Origin: a virus
Lineage: Duplodnaviria > Caudoviricetes
IMG/VR virus record: IMGVR_UViG_3300031996_000001
Coordinates: 18,692 to 82,691 of that record
Reading direction: 5' to 3' (one strand)
DNA: 64,000 nucleotides
Positions 44,282-53,610 of this stretch are shown here, in pieces. Every line of letters begins with the position of its first letter. Position 1 is the first letter of the stretch. Both the position numbers and the translations under genes were made by a program. The notes below the pieces were generated by a model. That model had not been told where the DNA came from and ran no database searches. It saw only the letters and a list, made by a program, of their open reading frames with translations.

Positions 44282-46488
44282 GGGGCCCCCGGCGCGACCA
44301 GCGCGGCGTCCAGCCAGTTGGTGCGGGCGGAGAAGATGTCCAGCCAGTTGACATAGCCCGCCTTGGCCATGCCCCAGGTGACGACCGTGGAGGCCTCGAT
44401 CAGGCCGGTCGGCCGCTCGACCACGGTGAACGGCACGGTCCACAGCCGCTGCTGCTGGTTCTCCGCCCCGTCGCCCAGCGGGTCCTTCACCGTGTCCCCG
44501 ACGGCCAGGTAGAGGTAGGGCTCCTGGTAGCGCGGGTCCGGGTTGCGGTAGAGCAGGATCCGGCCGGAGGCGAACAGCACCTCGGCCACCTCGGCGTCCG
44601 AGTCGGTGTAGGTCATCAGGGTCATCTGGCCGGTCGGCTTGCCCCGCACCTGGCTGACCGCGATCCGGTAGGCCTTGGAGAGCACGTCGTACTCGTTCTT
44701 GCGCGCCGGGAAGGTCAGGCTGCCGAACTTCTGCAGCTCGAACCACAGCGCCAGCTGCGGCGCCACCGGGTCGCTGAGCAGCACCGGCGCCTTGGCGGGC
44801 AGGCTGGCCGGAGCCGACAGGGTGAGGTTGGTCGACGTGGCGACCTTGCTGGGCCCGGAGAAGACCGACGGCGAGTTGTTCACCGTGCCCGTCCAGGCCA
44901 TCGAGGCGTCGCCGGAGTTGTCCGCCCAGTGGCTGCCCGGCAGCATGTTCGCGGCCGGGTTCGCGGGCAGCACGGAGTCCCCGTCGAAGTAGGTCAGCCC
45001 GCCGCCGCTGGTCATCTCCGAGTTCAGGCAGACCATGATCGTGCTCAGGTGCCAGGACACAGCGAACTCGCGCTGGCTGGTCCCGTGCATGAAGGCCAGG
45101 CGGCAGTTGGCCGGGGCGCCCGCCGGGATGGTGATGACCCCGGAGAAGGTCAGCCACGACCCGCCCAGGCCGACCTGCGCGCCGATGATCTGGAACGGCG
45201 CCACCCAGGTCGCGTAGTCGGTGACCTGCGCGACCGAGGCCGAGGCGAACGCGGTGCCCGACCAGGCGTAGGTGGTGGCGCCGACCGCTGCGCTGCCGCC
45301 GTCGAAGTAGACGCCCAGCGTGGCCGAGGCCTCGAACAGCGCGCCGTCGACCTCCAGGTAGTCGTTGACGGCCATCGCCGTCCCGGAGCCGGTCACGTAG
45401 AAGGCCAGGGTGGCCGACACGGCCCCGACGGGTGCGGTGCCGGTGAGCGAGATCCGCTGCGCGCTACCGGCGGTGACCGCGATGGCAGACCCGAAGCTGC
45501 TGGAGATCGTGCTCCCGCCGGAGTTCTTCCAGTCGATCTGCGCCAGCACCGACTGGCCCTTGTTGCAGCGCACCCAGCCCGAGCCGGTGTAGGCCGTCCC
45601 GGCGGTGACCGCCATCCCCGGGAAGTACGGGCCGCCGCCCTGGCTGACGTTGGTCTGCGCGGTGGTCCAGGTGCAGCGCAGGTAGTGCGTGCCCAGGCCC
45701 ACGGCGATCGAGGTCCCGGTCTGGATCGCCAGCGAGCAGGCACCGCCCAGGCCGCCCCAGGCACTCCAGGCGCCGACCGCGCCGCCCTCGAAGCTCGGCG
45801 TGGTGACCAGGTTGCGGCGCAGCTCGGTGGTGGTCAGGTTCGGGTCCAGCACGGCCGCGTAGAGGCTCGTGAAGGCCTGCTGGGCCGTCAGGCTGCTGGA
45901 GGACCGGACCTGCGACCAGCTGGTCTTGGTGGCCTTCAGGTTGGCCCAGCTGCCCTGCGTCTTGACGTCGGTCCAGTTCCACAGGTCCGGCGAGGAGTAG
46001 AAGACCTGACCGGAGACGAAGTAGGTGCCCGGCCCGAAGCCCGACGGCTGGCAGGAGGCGATCCGGCGGTCGGCGTACTGGGCCGACGCCGACCCGGCGG
46101 TGTTGGCGCCGATCGACAGCGAGGTGACCGCGTCCCGGGGCGGAGCCAGCGCGGTGGCCGTCTCCCGGGTCAGCGTCCGGCCGGGCCCGGCCAGCCAGTT
46201 GCTGGTGTTCGTCCCGGCCTTGGGGTTCAGGCAGCGGTTGGTCTGGATCGTCCGGATGGCGCTGGAGACCGTGTCAACCACCGTGTAGGTCAGCGGCTGG
46301 CCGAACGGGGCCTCGGGGTCCTCGACCACGAAGCCGCCGGTGAGCACGTCGAAGCTGCCGCTGCGGACCTCGCTGGGCACCCCCTTCAGCGTGCGCGTGA
46401 CCAGCAGCGACCCGTTCGGCACCGTCTCCTGCGAGGAGAGGACGACCGAGCCCTTGGCGACGTTCGGCTTGGCGGACAGGACGCCCAT
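44278..46488 (-). CDS. Minor tail (distal tail-like) protein with carbohydrate-binding insertions
   Basis: VEDPEAPFGQPLTY; RNLVTTPSFE..; YFDG repeats; follows tape measure gene. Confidence 0.85.
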   Translation of the reverse strand: MGVLSAKPNVAKGSVVLSSQETVPNGSLLVTRTLKGVPSEVRSGSFDVLTGGFVVEDPEAPFGQPLTYTVVDTVSSAIRTIQTNRCLNPKAGTNTSNWLAGPGRTLTRETATALAPPRDAVTSLSIGANTAGSASAQYADRRIASCQPSGFGPGTYFVSGQVFYSSPDLWNWTDVKTQGSWANLKATKTSWSQVRSSSSLTAQQAFTSLYAAVLDPNLTTTELRRNLVTTPSFEGGAVGAWSAWGGLGGACSLAIQTGTSIAVGLGTHYLRCTWTTAQTNVSQGGGPYFPGMAVTAGTAYTGSGWVRCNKGQSVLAQIDWKNSGGSTISSSFGSAIAVTAGSAQRISLTGTAPVGAVSATLAFYVTGSGTAMAVNDYLEVDGALFEASATLGVYFDGGSAAVGATTYAWSGTAFASASVAQVTDYATWVAPFQIIGAQVGLGGSWLTFSGVITIPAGAPANCRLAFMHGTSQREFAVSWHLSTIMVCLNSEMTSGGGLTYFDGDSVLPANPAANMLPGSHWADNSGDASMAWTGTVNNSPSVFSGPSKVATSTNLTLSAPASLPAKAPVLLSDPVAPQLALWFELQKFGSLTFPARKNEYDVLSKAYRIAVSQVRGKPTGQMTLMTYTDSDAEVAEVLFASGRILLYRNPDPRYQEPYLYLAVGDTVKDPLGDGAENQQQRLWTVPFTVVERPTGLIEASTVVTWGMAKAGYVNWLDIFSARTNWLDAALVAPGAP

Positions 46489-46490
46489 GC

Positions 46491-49400
46491 TCAGCCCTTC
46501 CGGCCGGTGGCCAGCGAGCTGGCCAGGTTCTTGTTCTTCTTGTCGACCTCGGTGCGGACGATGTGGGTCAGCTCGGTGTCGCCGATGAAGACGCGCACGT
46601 CAGTGCCGCCAGCGGCGCCGTCGCCGATGAGCTTCAAGATCGCGTGGTCGCGCTTGGACAGGCCGTTCTCGTCCAGCGGCTCGACCCGCTCGGAGCGCCC
46701 GGCCTCGGCGATCAGCGCCAGCGTGCCGCCGCTGCTCGGGGAGACGACGCCGCCCTTGGCCAGCTTGGGGATCTCCGGGATGGTCGGGATGTCGACGCCG
46801 GGCAGCTTGTTGGCGATCCCGATCATGTTGTTGAGCCCGTGGATCGCGCCGTTCACGACGCCGATGAAGAAGTTGACCCCGGCCTTCAGCCCGCTGACGA
46901 TGTCGCTGCCGACGTTCTTCAGGCCGTTCCAGATGCCCGACCAGATGTCGCCGATGGTGCTGGCGGCGCCCCGGATGAAGCCGATGACGTCGTTCCAGAC
47001 CCGCGTGATCGTGTTCCAGATCGAGGACATCGCGCCGGAGACCCAGCCGACCACCGCGTTCCAGACGCTGGAGATCGTGTTGCCGATCGCCGACATGACC
47101 CCGGAGATGAACCCGTGGACCGCGTTCCAGACCGAGGTGATGATCCCCCAGGCCCAGCTCAGAGCTGCGGAGATGCCGCTCACGATGGCGTTCCACGCGG
47201 CGACGATGAAGTCCCAGATCGCCTGGATGATCGGCTGGATGAACCCCCAGACGGCGTTCCAGACCGAGACGATGAAGCCCCAGACCGCCGTCAGGGCGGT
47301 TGACACGCCGCTGACGATCCCGTTCCAGGCCCCCACGATGAAGTCCCAGATGGCCTGGATGATGGGCTGCAGGAAGCCCCAGATCGCGTTCCAGACCGTC
47401 GTGAGGACGGTCCAGATCATGTTGATCGCCCAGCTGATCGCGGCGACCAGGCCCTGCCAGACGAGGATGACGATGCCCTCGAAGACGCGCAGGGGCAGCA
47501 GCAGGATCGGGAAGATCCGGATCCAGATCTGCCAGATGATGTTGAGGACCGTCTCGACCACGGTCCGCACCGCGTCGAAGATGACCACGAAGACGTCCCA
47601 GATCGCGGTGAGGACGGTCTTCACCGCGTTGAAGATCGCGGTCCAGATGGTCACGTAGAAGTTGAAGATCGCCGTGAAGACGGTCTTGATGACGTCCCAC
47701 ACCGCGTGCGCGACGGTTGACACGACGTCCCAGACCTTGTGGAAGGCGTCGCTGATCGCCGACCAGATGTCCTTGGCGACCTTGACGATCCACTGCCAGG
47801 CGGTCTTCAGCGCATCCACGACGGCGTGGAAGGCGACCACGATGGCGTGACCCGCCGCGCTGATCGCTTCCTTGATCGCCTTCCAGACGACCTCGATGAT
47901 CTTCTGGCCGATCTTGGTCTGGGTGAAGAACCAGATCAGCGCGGCGACGACCGCCAGGATGATGGTGACCGGCAGACCGAGCACCCCGACCAGGGCGGAG
48001 ATCGCCGGGACCAGCAGGTCCATGATCACGAAGCTCAGGACGTCGATGATCGGGCCGACGACCATCCAGACCATCTTCAGCGTCTTGGCGAAGACCAGGA
48101 ACGTGGCAGCCAGCGAGAGCAGCTGACCCACCCCGGGCAGCGCCAGCAGCTTGGAGAGGATCAGGAAGAAGTCGCTCAGCGACTTGGCGATGATGCCGAT
48201 CGCGCCGGACGCGGCCAGCTGCTCGATGACCTTGGCGAAGTTGGCGAAGGCCTGCTGCCAGGCGCCCCCGGCGTTCTTGCGGATCGCGTCGAACATCTCG
48301 GCCAGCGGCTTGCCGAAGCTCTCCAGGGTCTTCAGCCCGGACAGGATGCTGTCGACGTTCATGTTGCCCAGGCCGCCCCCGGCGGCCTTGCTGATCTTGC
48401 CGAGGATCCGCAGGACTTCGTCAGTGACGATGCGGGCCTTGGTGAAGAAGTCGAGCATCTTCTTCTGGCCCGCGTCGCTGCCGGTCCACTCCTTGAACTT
48501 GGCCGCGATGCCCTGCAGGTTGGTCAGCATCCCCCCGCTGGCCCCGAAGGCCGCGTGGAAGACGTTGACGATGCCCTTGCCGAAGTCGACCACGATGCCG
48601 ACCAGCTGGGTGAAGCTGCCGAACATCTTGGTGATGAAGGCGTCCAGCTTGCCGCTGGCCTCGGCCGCCTCCAGCGAGCGGGCAGCCCACTCCCCCAGGT
48701 CCTTGGCCCCGCTGGCCAGGTACTCGATGACCGGGGACAGGTGGTCGAACAGGATCACGAAGGCCTGGATCAGGCCCTGGATCCCGGCGCCAAAGCCCTT
48801 CACCGCGTCGTTGTTGACCGTGAGGATGCGCTGCAGCCGGGCCATGTTGTCGGCCGAGCTGAGCATCCGCGAGATGTTGATGGCGATGTCGCCGACGTTG
48901 TAGCCGAACTCCCGGAGCATCGGGTTCAGGCTCTTGACCAGCGGCTGAGCGATCCGCATCGCGGCGTTGAAGCCGGAGAACAGCCCCTCCTGGATCGGCT
49001 TGGCCAGCGTCTCCTTGAAGGACTCCAGGCGCTTCTTGAAGTCGGCCAGCTCCGGGGTCTTGGCCTTCATGGCCAGCCCCAGCAGGCCAACCGAGAGCTT
49101 CAGGGTGCCCAGCGCCGCGACGCCCACCAACGCGCCACCGGCGATGGCCGGACCGAGCGAGGCCAGCGCGGTGACGGCGAAGCCCACGAAGGACCCGATG
49201 ATCGCCCCGGCGAAGGCGATGGCACTGGGCAGCGCGGTGATCAGGCCCGCGATCAGCGGGACCAGGATGTCGGAGAACTTGAAGTCCTTGCCCGCCTTGG
49301 ACAGCTTCTTCTTCAGCTTGCCGAACTCGCCGAGGAGGCCGTCGCCGCCCTTCTCGACGTCCTTCTTGGCCTGGTCGAACCAGGTCTTGGCGCCGCTGAA

Positions 49401-49889
49401 GGCCGACCCGATCCTGGCGAAGCCGCTCTTGGCGCCGTTGCTGATCGCGCCCAGCACGCTCTTGAAGGCACCCAGCAGCCTCCCGCCGAAGGAGCGGGTG
49501 TCGCCCTCCTCCTTGACGAAGATGCCCTTGATGCCGTCGAAGATCCGGCCGACCTCGTGCACGCCGGTTGACACGCCGGACTTGACCTTGCTGAAGACGT
49601 TGCTGAAGGCCGTCAGCAGCTTGACCCCGATGGTGTTCGGGATCGCCTTGCCCATCTCGTTGCCGATGGCGCGGCCGAAGTCCTCGGCGACGTTCTTGCC
49701 GAGCTTGGAGGACTCCTTGGAGACCTCCTTCTCGACGCCGCTGGTGAGCTTCTGCCCGACCTCCTCGCCGGACTTCTCCAGGTCCGAGGTGGAGGCGTTG
49801 ACCGACGTCTTGACGGCGTCGGTGATGTCCTTCTTGAGCTTGTCCCCGATGACGCGCAGGCGGACGTAGGCGGTACCGACGATGGCCAT
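46491..49889 (-). CDS. Tape measure protein
   Basis: 1132 aa helical, W/F-periodic repeats, IPKLAKGGVV..ALIAEAG..E.VEPL C-terminus. Confidence 0.92.
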   Translation of the reverse strand: MAIVGTAYVRLRVIGDKLKKDITDAVKTSVNASTSDLEKSGEEVGQKLTSGVEKEVSKESSKLGKNVAEDFGRAIGNEMGKAIPNTIGVKLLTAFSNVFSKVKSGVSTGVHEVGRIFDGIKGIFVKEEGDTRSFGGRLLGAFKSVLGAISNGAKSGFARIGSAFSGAKTWFDQAKKDVEKGGDGLLGEFGKLKKKLSKAGKDFKFSDILVPLIAGLITALPSAIAFAGAIIGSFVGFAVTALASLGPAIAGGALVGVAALGTLKLSVGLLGLAMKAKTPELADFKKRLESFKETLAKPIQEGLFSGFNAAMRIAQPLVKSLNPMLREFGYNVGDIAINISRMLSSADNMARLQRILTVNNDAVKGFGAGIQGLIQAFVILFDHLSPVIEYLASGAKDLGEWAARSLEAAEASGKLDAFITKMFGSFTQLVGIVVDFGKGIVNVFHAAFGASGGMLTNLQGIAAKFKEWTGSDAGQKKMLDFFTKARIVTDEVLRILGKISKAAGGGLGNMNVDSILSGLKTLESFGKPLAEMFDAIRKNAGGAWQQAFANFAKVIEQLAASGAIGIIAKSLSDFFLILSKLLALPGVGQLLSLAATFLVFAKTLKMVWMVVGPIIDVLSFVIMDLLVPAISALVGVLGLPVTIILAVVAALIWFFTQTKIGQKIIEVVWKAIKEAISAAGHAIVVAFHAVVDALKTAWQWIVKVAKDIWSAISDAFHKVWDVVSTVAHAVWDVIKTVFTAIFNFYVTIWTAIFNAVKTVLTAIWDVFVVIFDAVRTVVETVLNIIWQIWIRIFPILLLPLRVFEGIVILVWQGLVAAISWAINMIWTVLTTVWNAIWGFLQPIIQAIWDFIVGAWNGIVSGVSTALTAVWGFIVSVWNAVWGFIQPIIQAIWDFIVAAWNAIVSGISAALSWAWGIITSVWNAVHGFISGVMSAIGNTISSVWNAVVGWVSGAMSSIWNTITRVWNDVIGFIRGAASTIGDIWSGIWNGLKNVGSDIVSGLKAGVNFFIGVVNGAIHGLNNMIGIANKLPGVDIPTIPEIPKLAKGGVVSPSSGGTLALIAEAGRSERVEPLDENGLSKRDHAILKLIGDGAAGGTDVRVFIGDTELTHIVRTEVDKKNKNLASSLATGRKG

Positions 49890-50088
49890 CTGTGCCGCCT
49901 ACGTCCTTCCCTGTCGTGTCAACTTGCTCAGTGCCCCAGCAGGTGGGGCGGGGTGTTGCTGAGGTCGATGTCCGGGTCGGCCATCTGGACGGCGGCCTTG
50001 GAGGCGCGAGCGAGGGTGGCCCGGACCTTGTCCCTGGCCTCGGACTTCTCCTTCTCCTCGGTCGCGCGCTCCTCCATCCAGTGCTCGG

Positions 50089-50565
50089 CTAGATCGAAGA
50101 CGGTGTCAGCTCGGGCCGCGAGTAGGTCGGCATGGCCACAGGCGGCGGCATAGCCGGAGAACCTTCGCCAGACAAGATCCCCGCAGAGGTAGGCGACGAG
50201 GTCGCTCCAGTAGGGCGCTCACCGGAGTAGACCTCCGAGAGCCAGCCCGCGATCTCGACCAGGGTGTCCAGCGGGATGCCCTCGTCGTCGTCGTTGATCA
50301 TCTGCCAGAAGCGGGGGCGGCCCTCGGGCTTCAGGCACCGGTCGAAGAACTCGCGGATCGCCGGGATCGCGCTCACGCCCTGCTTGGCGTTGCTCGCCTC
50401 GTCGTCGGACTCCTCCAGCGCGGAGAACGTCTCGGCGAAGCGCATCAGGGTTCCGGCGGCCAGCCGGTCGCGGCACTCGAAGTTGCGCAACCCGGAGATG
50501 GAGCCCTCCAGGTCGAAGCTGATCGGCTCGACGGCGGCTGCCACTCGGAAGCTCTTGCGGGGCAT
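50089..50565 (-). CDS. Tail assembly chaperone (probable -1 frameshift product ends at 49928)
   Basis: Directly upstream of tape measure; ..YSGERPT; overlapping -1 frame open from about 50212 to TGA 49928. Confidence 0.75.
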   Translation of the reverse strand: MPRKSFRVAAAVEPISFDLEGSISGLRNFECRDRLAAGTLMRFAETFSALEESDDEASNAKQGVSAIPAIREFFDRCLKPEGRPRFWQMINDDDEGIPLDTLVEIAGWLSEVYSGERPTGATSSPTSAGILSGEGSPAMPPPVAMPTYSRPELTPSSI

Positions 50566-50632
50566 CAGGACCTCATCCTCATCTCGGCCGCGCGTAGTCG
50601 CGCAGTCACGCTGCGAAGTCTCGCAGGAGGGG

Positions 50633-51049
50633 TCATCCGCCTCGTTCCCACATGCGCATCGCCTTGTCCAGGGCGCGCTCCAGGAACTTGTAGGGCTTGT
50701 TGCCGGGGTGGTGCACGGACTTGAAGTGCACGACCTTGCCGACCTTCGGCCAGTAGAAGCTGAGGTACGGCGCGTTCTTCGCGGTGATGACGTGCGGCTC
50801 GGTGCCCTGGTCCACGAACAGCGAGTACGGGATCGGCGTGCCCGCGTCGAACTGGATGCCGCCGGACCACTGGCCCTTGATGTAGTGGGCCCCGGCGGCC
50901 ATCGCGCCGGTCTTCTTGTTGGCCAGCGCCTTGATCCGGAAGACCGTCTCCTTGGCCAGCCGCTCGGTGGAGCGCCCGACCGGGCCGCCCCAGCCGACAA
51001 ACTTCTTCAGCTCGGGGTCGTCAATCTCTACGACGACGTCCTCGGCCAT
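50633..51049 (-). CDS. HK97 gp10-like neck/tail-completion protein
   Basis: YSLFVDQGTEPHVI..VHHPGNKPYKFLERAL. Confidence 0.75.
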   Translation of the reverse strand: MAEDVVVEIDDPELKKFVGWGGPVGRSTERLAKETVFRIKALANKKTGAMAAGAHYIKGQWSGGIQFDAGTPIPYSLFVDQGTEPHVITAKNAPYLSFYWPKVGKVVHFKSVHHPGNKPYKFLERALDKAMRMWERGG

Positions 51050-51606
51050 CAGAAGCTGCCGGTCGGGAACAGCTGGACGTTCAGCTCCACGGTCTGCATC
51101 GCGCCCTGCGGGGCGTGCGCGACCACCGTCAGGTCCGGCCCGACCTCGGACAGCCGCCCCACGGCGCCGATCAGCACCTCGCAGTCGTCGGAGGCGATCC
51201 GGCTGGCCGCGATCATCGCGTCGGGGCTCACGGCCTTCTTCAGGCCCTGCTTGGCCGGGACGGCCGGGGAGTTGCGGGTGATGGCGACCGAGAAGCCCGC
51301 CATCCAGCGGAAGGGGCGCTCGCGGACGGTCGGGCCGATCTGCACCGGCCAGGGCGTCCAGCCGTTGAACAGCACCGCGACCTGCTCGCAGTCAGCCGGG
51401 ATCGGCGCCATGTAGACGATCTGGCGGCTCGGGAGCGTGACGCTGAGGCCCGCAGCGGAGGCGGTCACGACATCCAGGAGGGACGCGCCCAGCCCGGCCA
51501 GCGTGTCAACCGCCGGAAGCTCGGCGGTCAGCCGGACGGAGTCGGCGACCTCGTCCAGCACCTCGCGCTCGGAGGCGAAGGGGTCCGGCCGGGAGAACTC
51601 GGTCAC
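51049..51606 (-). CDS. Tail terminator-like protein
   Basis: Position between adaptor and neck genes; GTGA overlap. Confidence 0.6.
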   Translation of the reverse strand: MTEFSRPDPFASEREVLDEVADSVRLTAELPAVDTLAGLGASLLDVVTASAAGLSVTLPSRQIVYMAPIPADCEQVAVLFNGWTPWPVQIGPTVRERPFRWMAGFSVAITRNSPAVPAKQGLKKAVSPDAMIAASRIASDDCEVLIGAVGRLSEVGPDLTVVAHAPQGAMQTVELNVQLFPTGSF

Positions 51607-52367
51607 CAGCCGGTCCGGCGGTTGCTCACCGGCACGCCCACGGGGCTGTCGGGGGTGTAGACGGCGGCCGGGCGGTGCGAGCGGCGCGGGTTGACCTGGG
51701 CCAGCCAGGTGTCCACGCGCGGCAGGCCGATCTTGCCCTTGTCGATGTAGTCGGTCGGGGTGAGCAGCTGCAGCGACAGGCCCTCGCGGGTCACCGATGT
51801 CACCCGTTCCGGGAGCGCGCAGGAGTCGCTGTCGTAGATCGACAGCCAAAGCTCGCGGGCGTACTCCAGCACCGCGCGCTTGGCGCCGGGGGTGACGGTG
51901 CTGGCGTAGTCGTAGTCGATGCGGACCGACACCTGCACCGGCTGGATGTCGGCCATCGGCCGGGAACCGATCCCGGCGAAGGCGGCGCCGATCACGCCGT
52001 AGTCCCAGGAGAGCGGGAAGAAGCCCTGGTAGGGACCGGTGAACTCGATCGCGCCCGCCACCAGCCGCCACGGGCGCTGGGTGTCGACCCAGACGTCGTT
52101 GCGGTCGTCGTAGACCTTGACCGAGTTGACGGTCGTGACCGGCCCGATCAGCGGGGAGAAGCGGCGCAGCCGCCGCGTGCAGTACGCCTCCTCGACCACG
52201 TTCCCGGCCGGGTGGATCTTCTGGCCGGTGGCGTGGGTCAGGTTCTCGCTGGCCACCGCGAGCACGGTGCGGACCTCGGCCAGCGTCTCCTCATCGAGGG
52301 TCGCCGGGGCCTCCGGCCCCAGCACAGCAGCGACGACGGAGGGATCCGCCGGGTCAACCCAGAGCAT
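51603..52367 (-). CDS. Head-to-tail adaptor
   Basis: ASENL..ATG; CALPERVTSVTREGLS..IGLPRVDTWL..VNP. Confidence 0.75.
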   Translation of the reverse strand: MLWVDPADPSVVAAVLGPEAPATLDEETLAEVRTVLAVASENLTHATGQKIHPAGNVVEEAYCTRRLRRFSPLIGPVTTVNSVKVYDDRNDVWVDTQRPWRLVAGAIEFTGPYQGFFPLSWDYGVIGAAFAGIGSRPMADIQPVQVSVRIDYDYASTVTPGAKRAVLEYARELWLSIYDSDSCALPERVTSVTREGLSLQLLTPTDYIDKGKIGLPRVDTWLAQVNPRRSHRPAAVYTPDSPVGVPVSNRRTGW

Positions 52368-52414
52368 CGAACCCCTCCGTCGTCGCTTACTGCCGTGTCA
52401 ACCGCTCCCCAGGA

Positions 52415-53566
52415 TCAGGGAGCGTTGCCCGCCGCCCAGGCCGTCCCGGTCCAGTAGGCCGTGGTCGAGTCGCCGAGGACGACCCGCTGGCCCGTGATCC
52501 AGGCGGTGGTGGGGCTGGCGGTCACGCCGGAGAGCGCCGCGAGGTTCGCCGGAGCCGTCGCGCCCGCAGGCGTGAAGGAACCGGGCGAGCCCGCCGTGGC
52601 GCCGGTGGCCGGGATGACCACCGCCGGGGTGCGACCGGACTGCCAGGTCGTGCCGTCCCAGTACGCCTCGCTCGCGTCGGCGAGGGTGACGTACTGGTTG
52701 GACGTCCAGGCGGTCGTGTTGCCCAGCGCACCGAGGGCACGCAGCGCCGCCAGGCTGGCCGGGCGGGTCGCGTTGCTCGGGTTGTAGGTCGCCGGGTCGC
52801 CCGCGTCGATGGACACGATGGCCACACCGAGGTTGGCGAAGACGCCCTTCAGACCGATCGGGGCGTTCATCGTCCGCGCGTACATGAACGCGCGGTCGGT
52901 GTAGCCCGGGAAGCCCCAGTCGAAGGCTCCGGCGGCAGGCACCGGGGTGACTCCGGTGAGGTCCATGTTCGGACCCGTCCCGAAGGCCTCGTTGCCCTGG
53001 CCCTCACCCGCGAAGGAACTGGCGACCGCGTTGGCGTCGACCACCCGGTCCCCGTCCAGCCGGAACTTGGCGTGGGGGATCAGGTAGTGCCAGTACGGCG
53101 CCCGGTTCGCGGACTTGCCGTTGATGATCGCGTCGGCCCAGACCTCGACGGCGACCCCGTTGGGGTTGCCCTCCAGGCCGGTGGACTCCGCCGCGTACCC
53201 CACGGCCACCAGGTCGCTGGCGTCGGAGCCCGCCGGAGCGAACGCCGACGTGCCACCCGCCGTCAGCACGTCGCCGCCGACCAGCATCTGCGTCAGGACC
53301 GGGTCCGGGTCGCAGATGTCGAGCTTCAGCGTGACGTTCTTCAGGGTGTCCGGCAGCTTGTAGTAGACGCACACCTCACCAGCAGCGTTGGTCACCTGGA
53401 CCTCGTTGCCGGTGTTGTAGGCGGCCGTGAAGCTGAAGGTGATGAAGCCGCCCGTGAGGTAGACGTCCGCCGCCGAACCGGTGACGGGCGCCCCGTCAGA
53501 ACCGAGCTGGGTCACCCGGAGCGCGCGGCCCCGGACGGACCCGGCGTTGTCCTGGACGTAGGTCAT
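52415..53566 (-). CDS. Major tail protein with C-terminal extension
   Basis: SVRGRALRVTQL..G.P; GGFITF; CDPDP..G; AVEVW..YWHYLIP. Confidence 0.8.
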   Translation of the reverse strand: MTYVQDNAGSVRGRALRVTQLGSDGAPVTGSAADVYLTGGFITFSFTAAYNTGNEVQVTNAAGEVCVYYKLPDTLKNVTLKLDICDPDPVLTQMLVGGDVLTAGGTSAFAPAGSDASDLVAVGYAAESTGLEGNPNGVAVEVWADAIINGKSANRAPYWHYLIPHAKFRLDGDRVVDANAVASSFAGEGQGNEAFGTGPNMDLTGVTPVPAAGAFDWGFPGYTDRAFMYARTMNAPIGLKGVFANLGVAIVSIDAGDPATYNPSNATRPASLAALRALGALGNTTAWTSNQYVTLADASEAYWDGTTWQSGRTPAVVIPATGATAGSPGSFTPAGATAPANLAALSGVTASPTTAWITGQRVVLGDSTTAYWTGTAWAAGNAP

Positions 53567-53610
53567 GTCAGTCCCTCCTCTCTCGTGTCAACCGCTCGTG
53601 GGAGGGGGGA

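Noticed and set aside
46900-47900. Periodic repeats in the tape measure gene
   Set aside because: Ordinary W/F-spaced helical repeats of tape measure proteins
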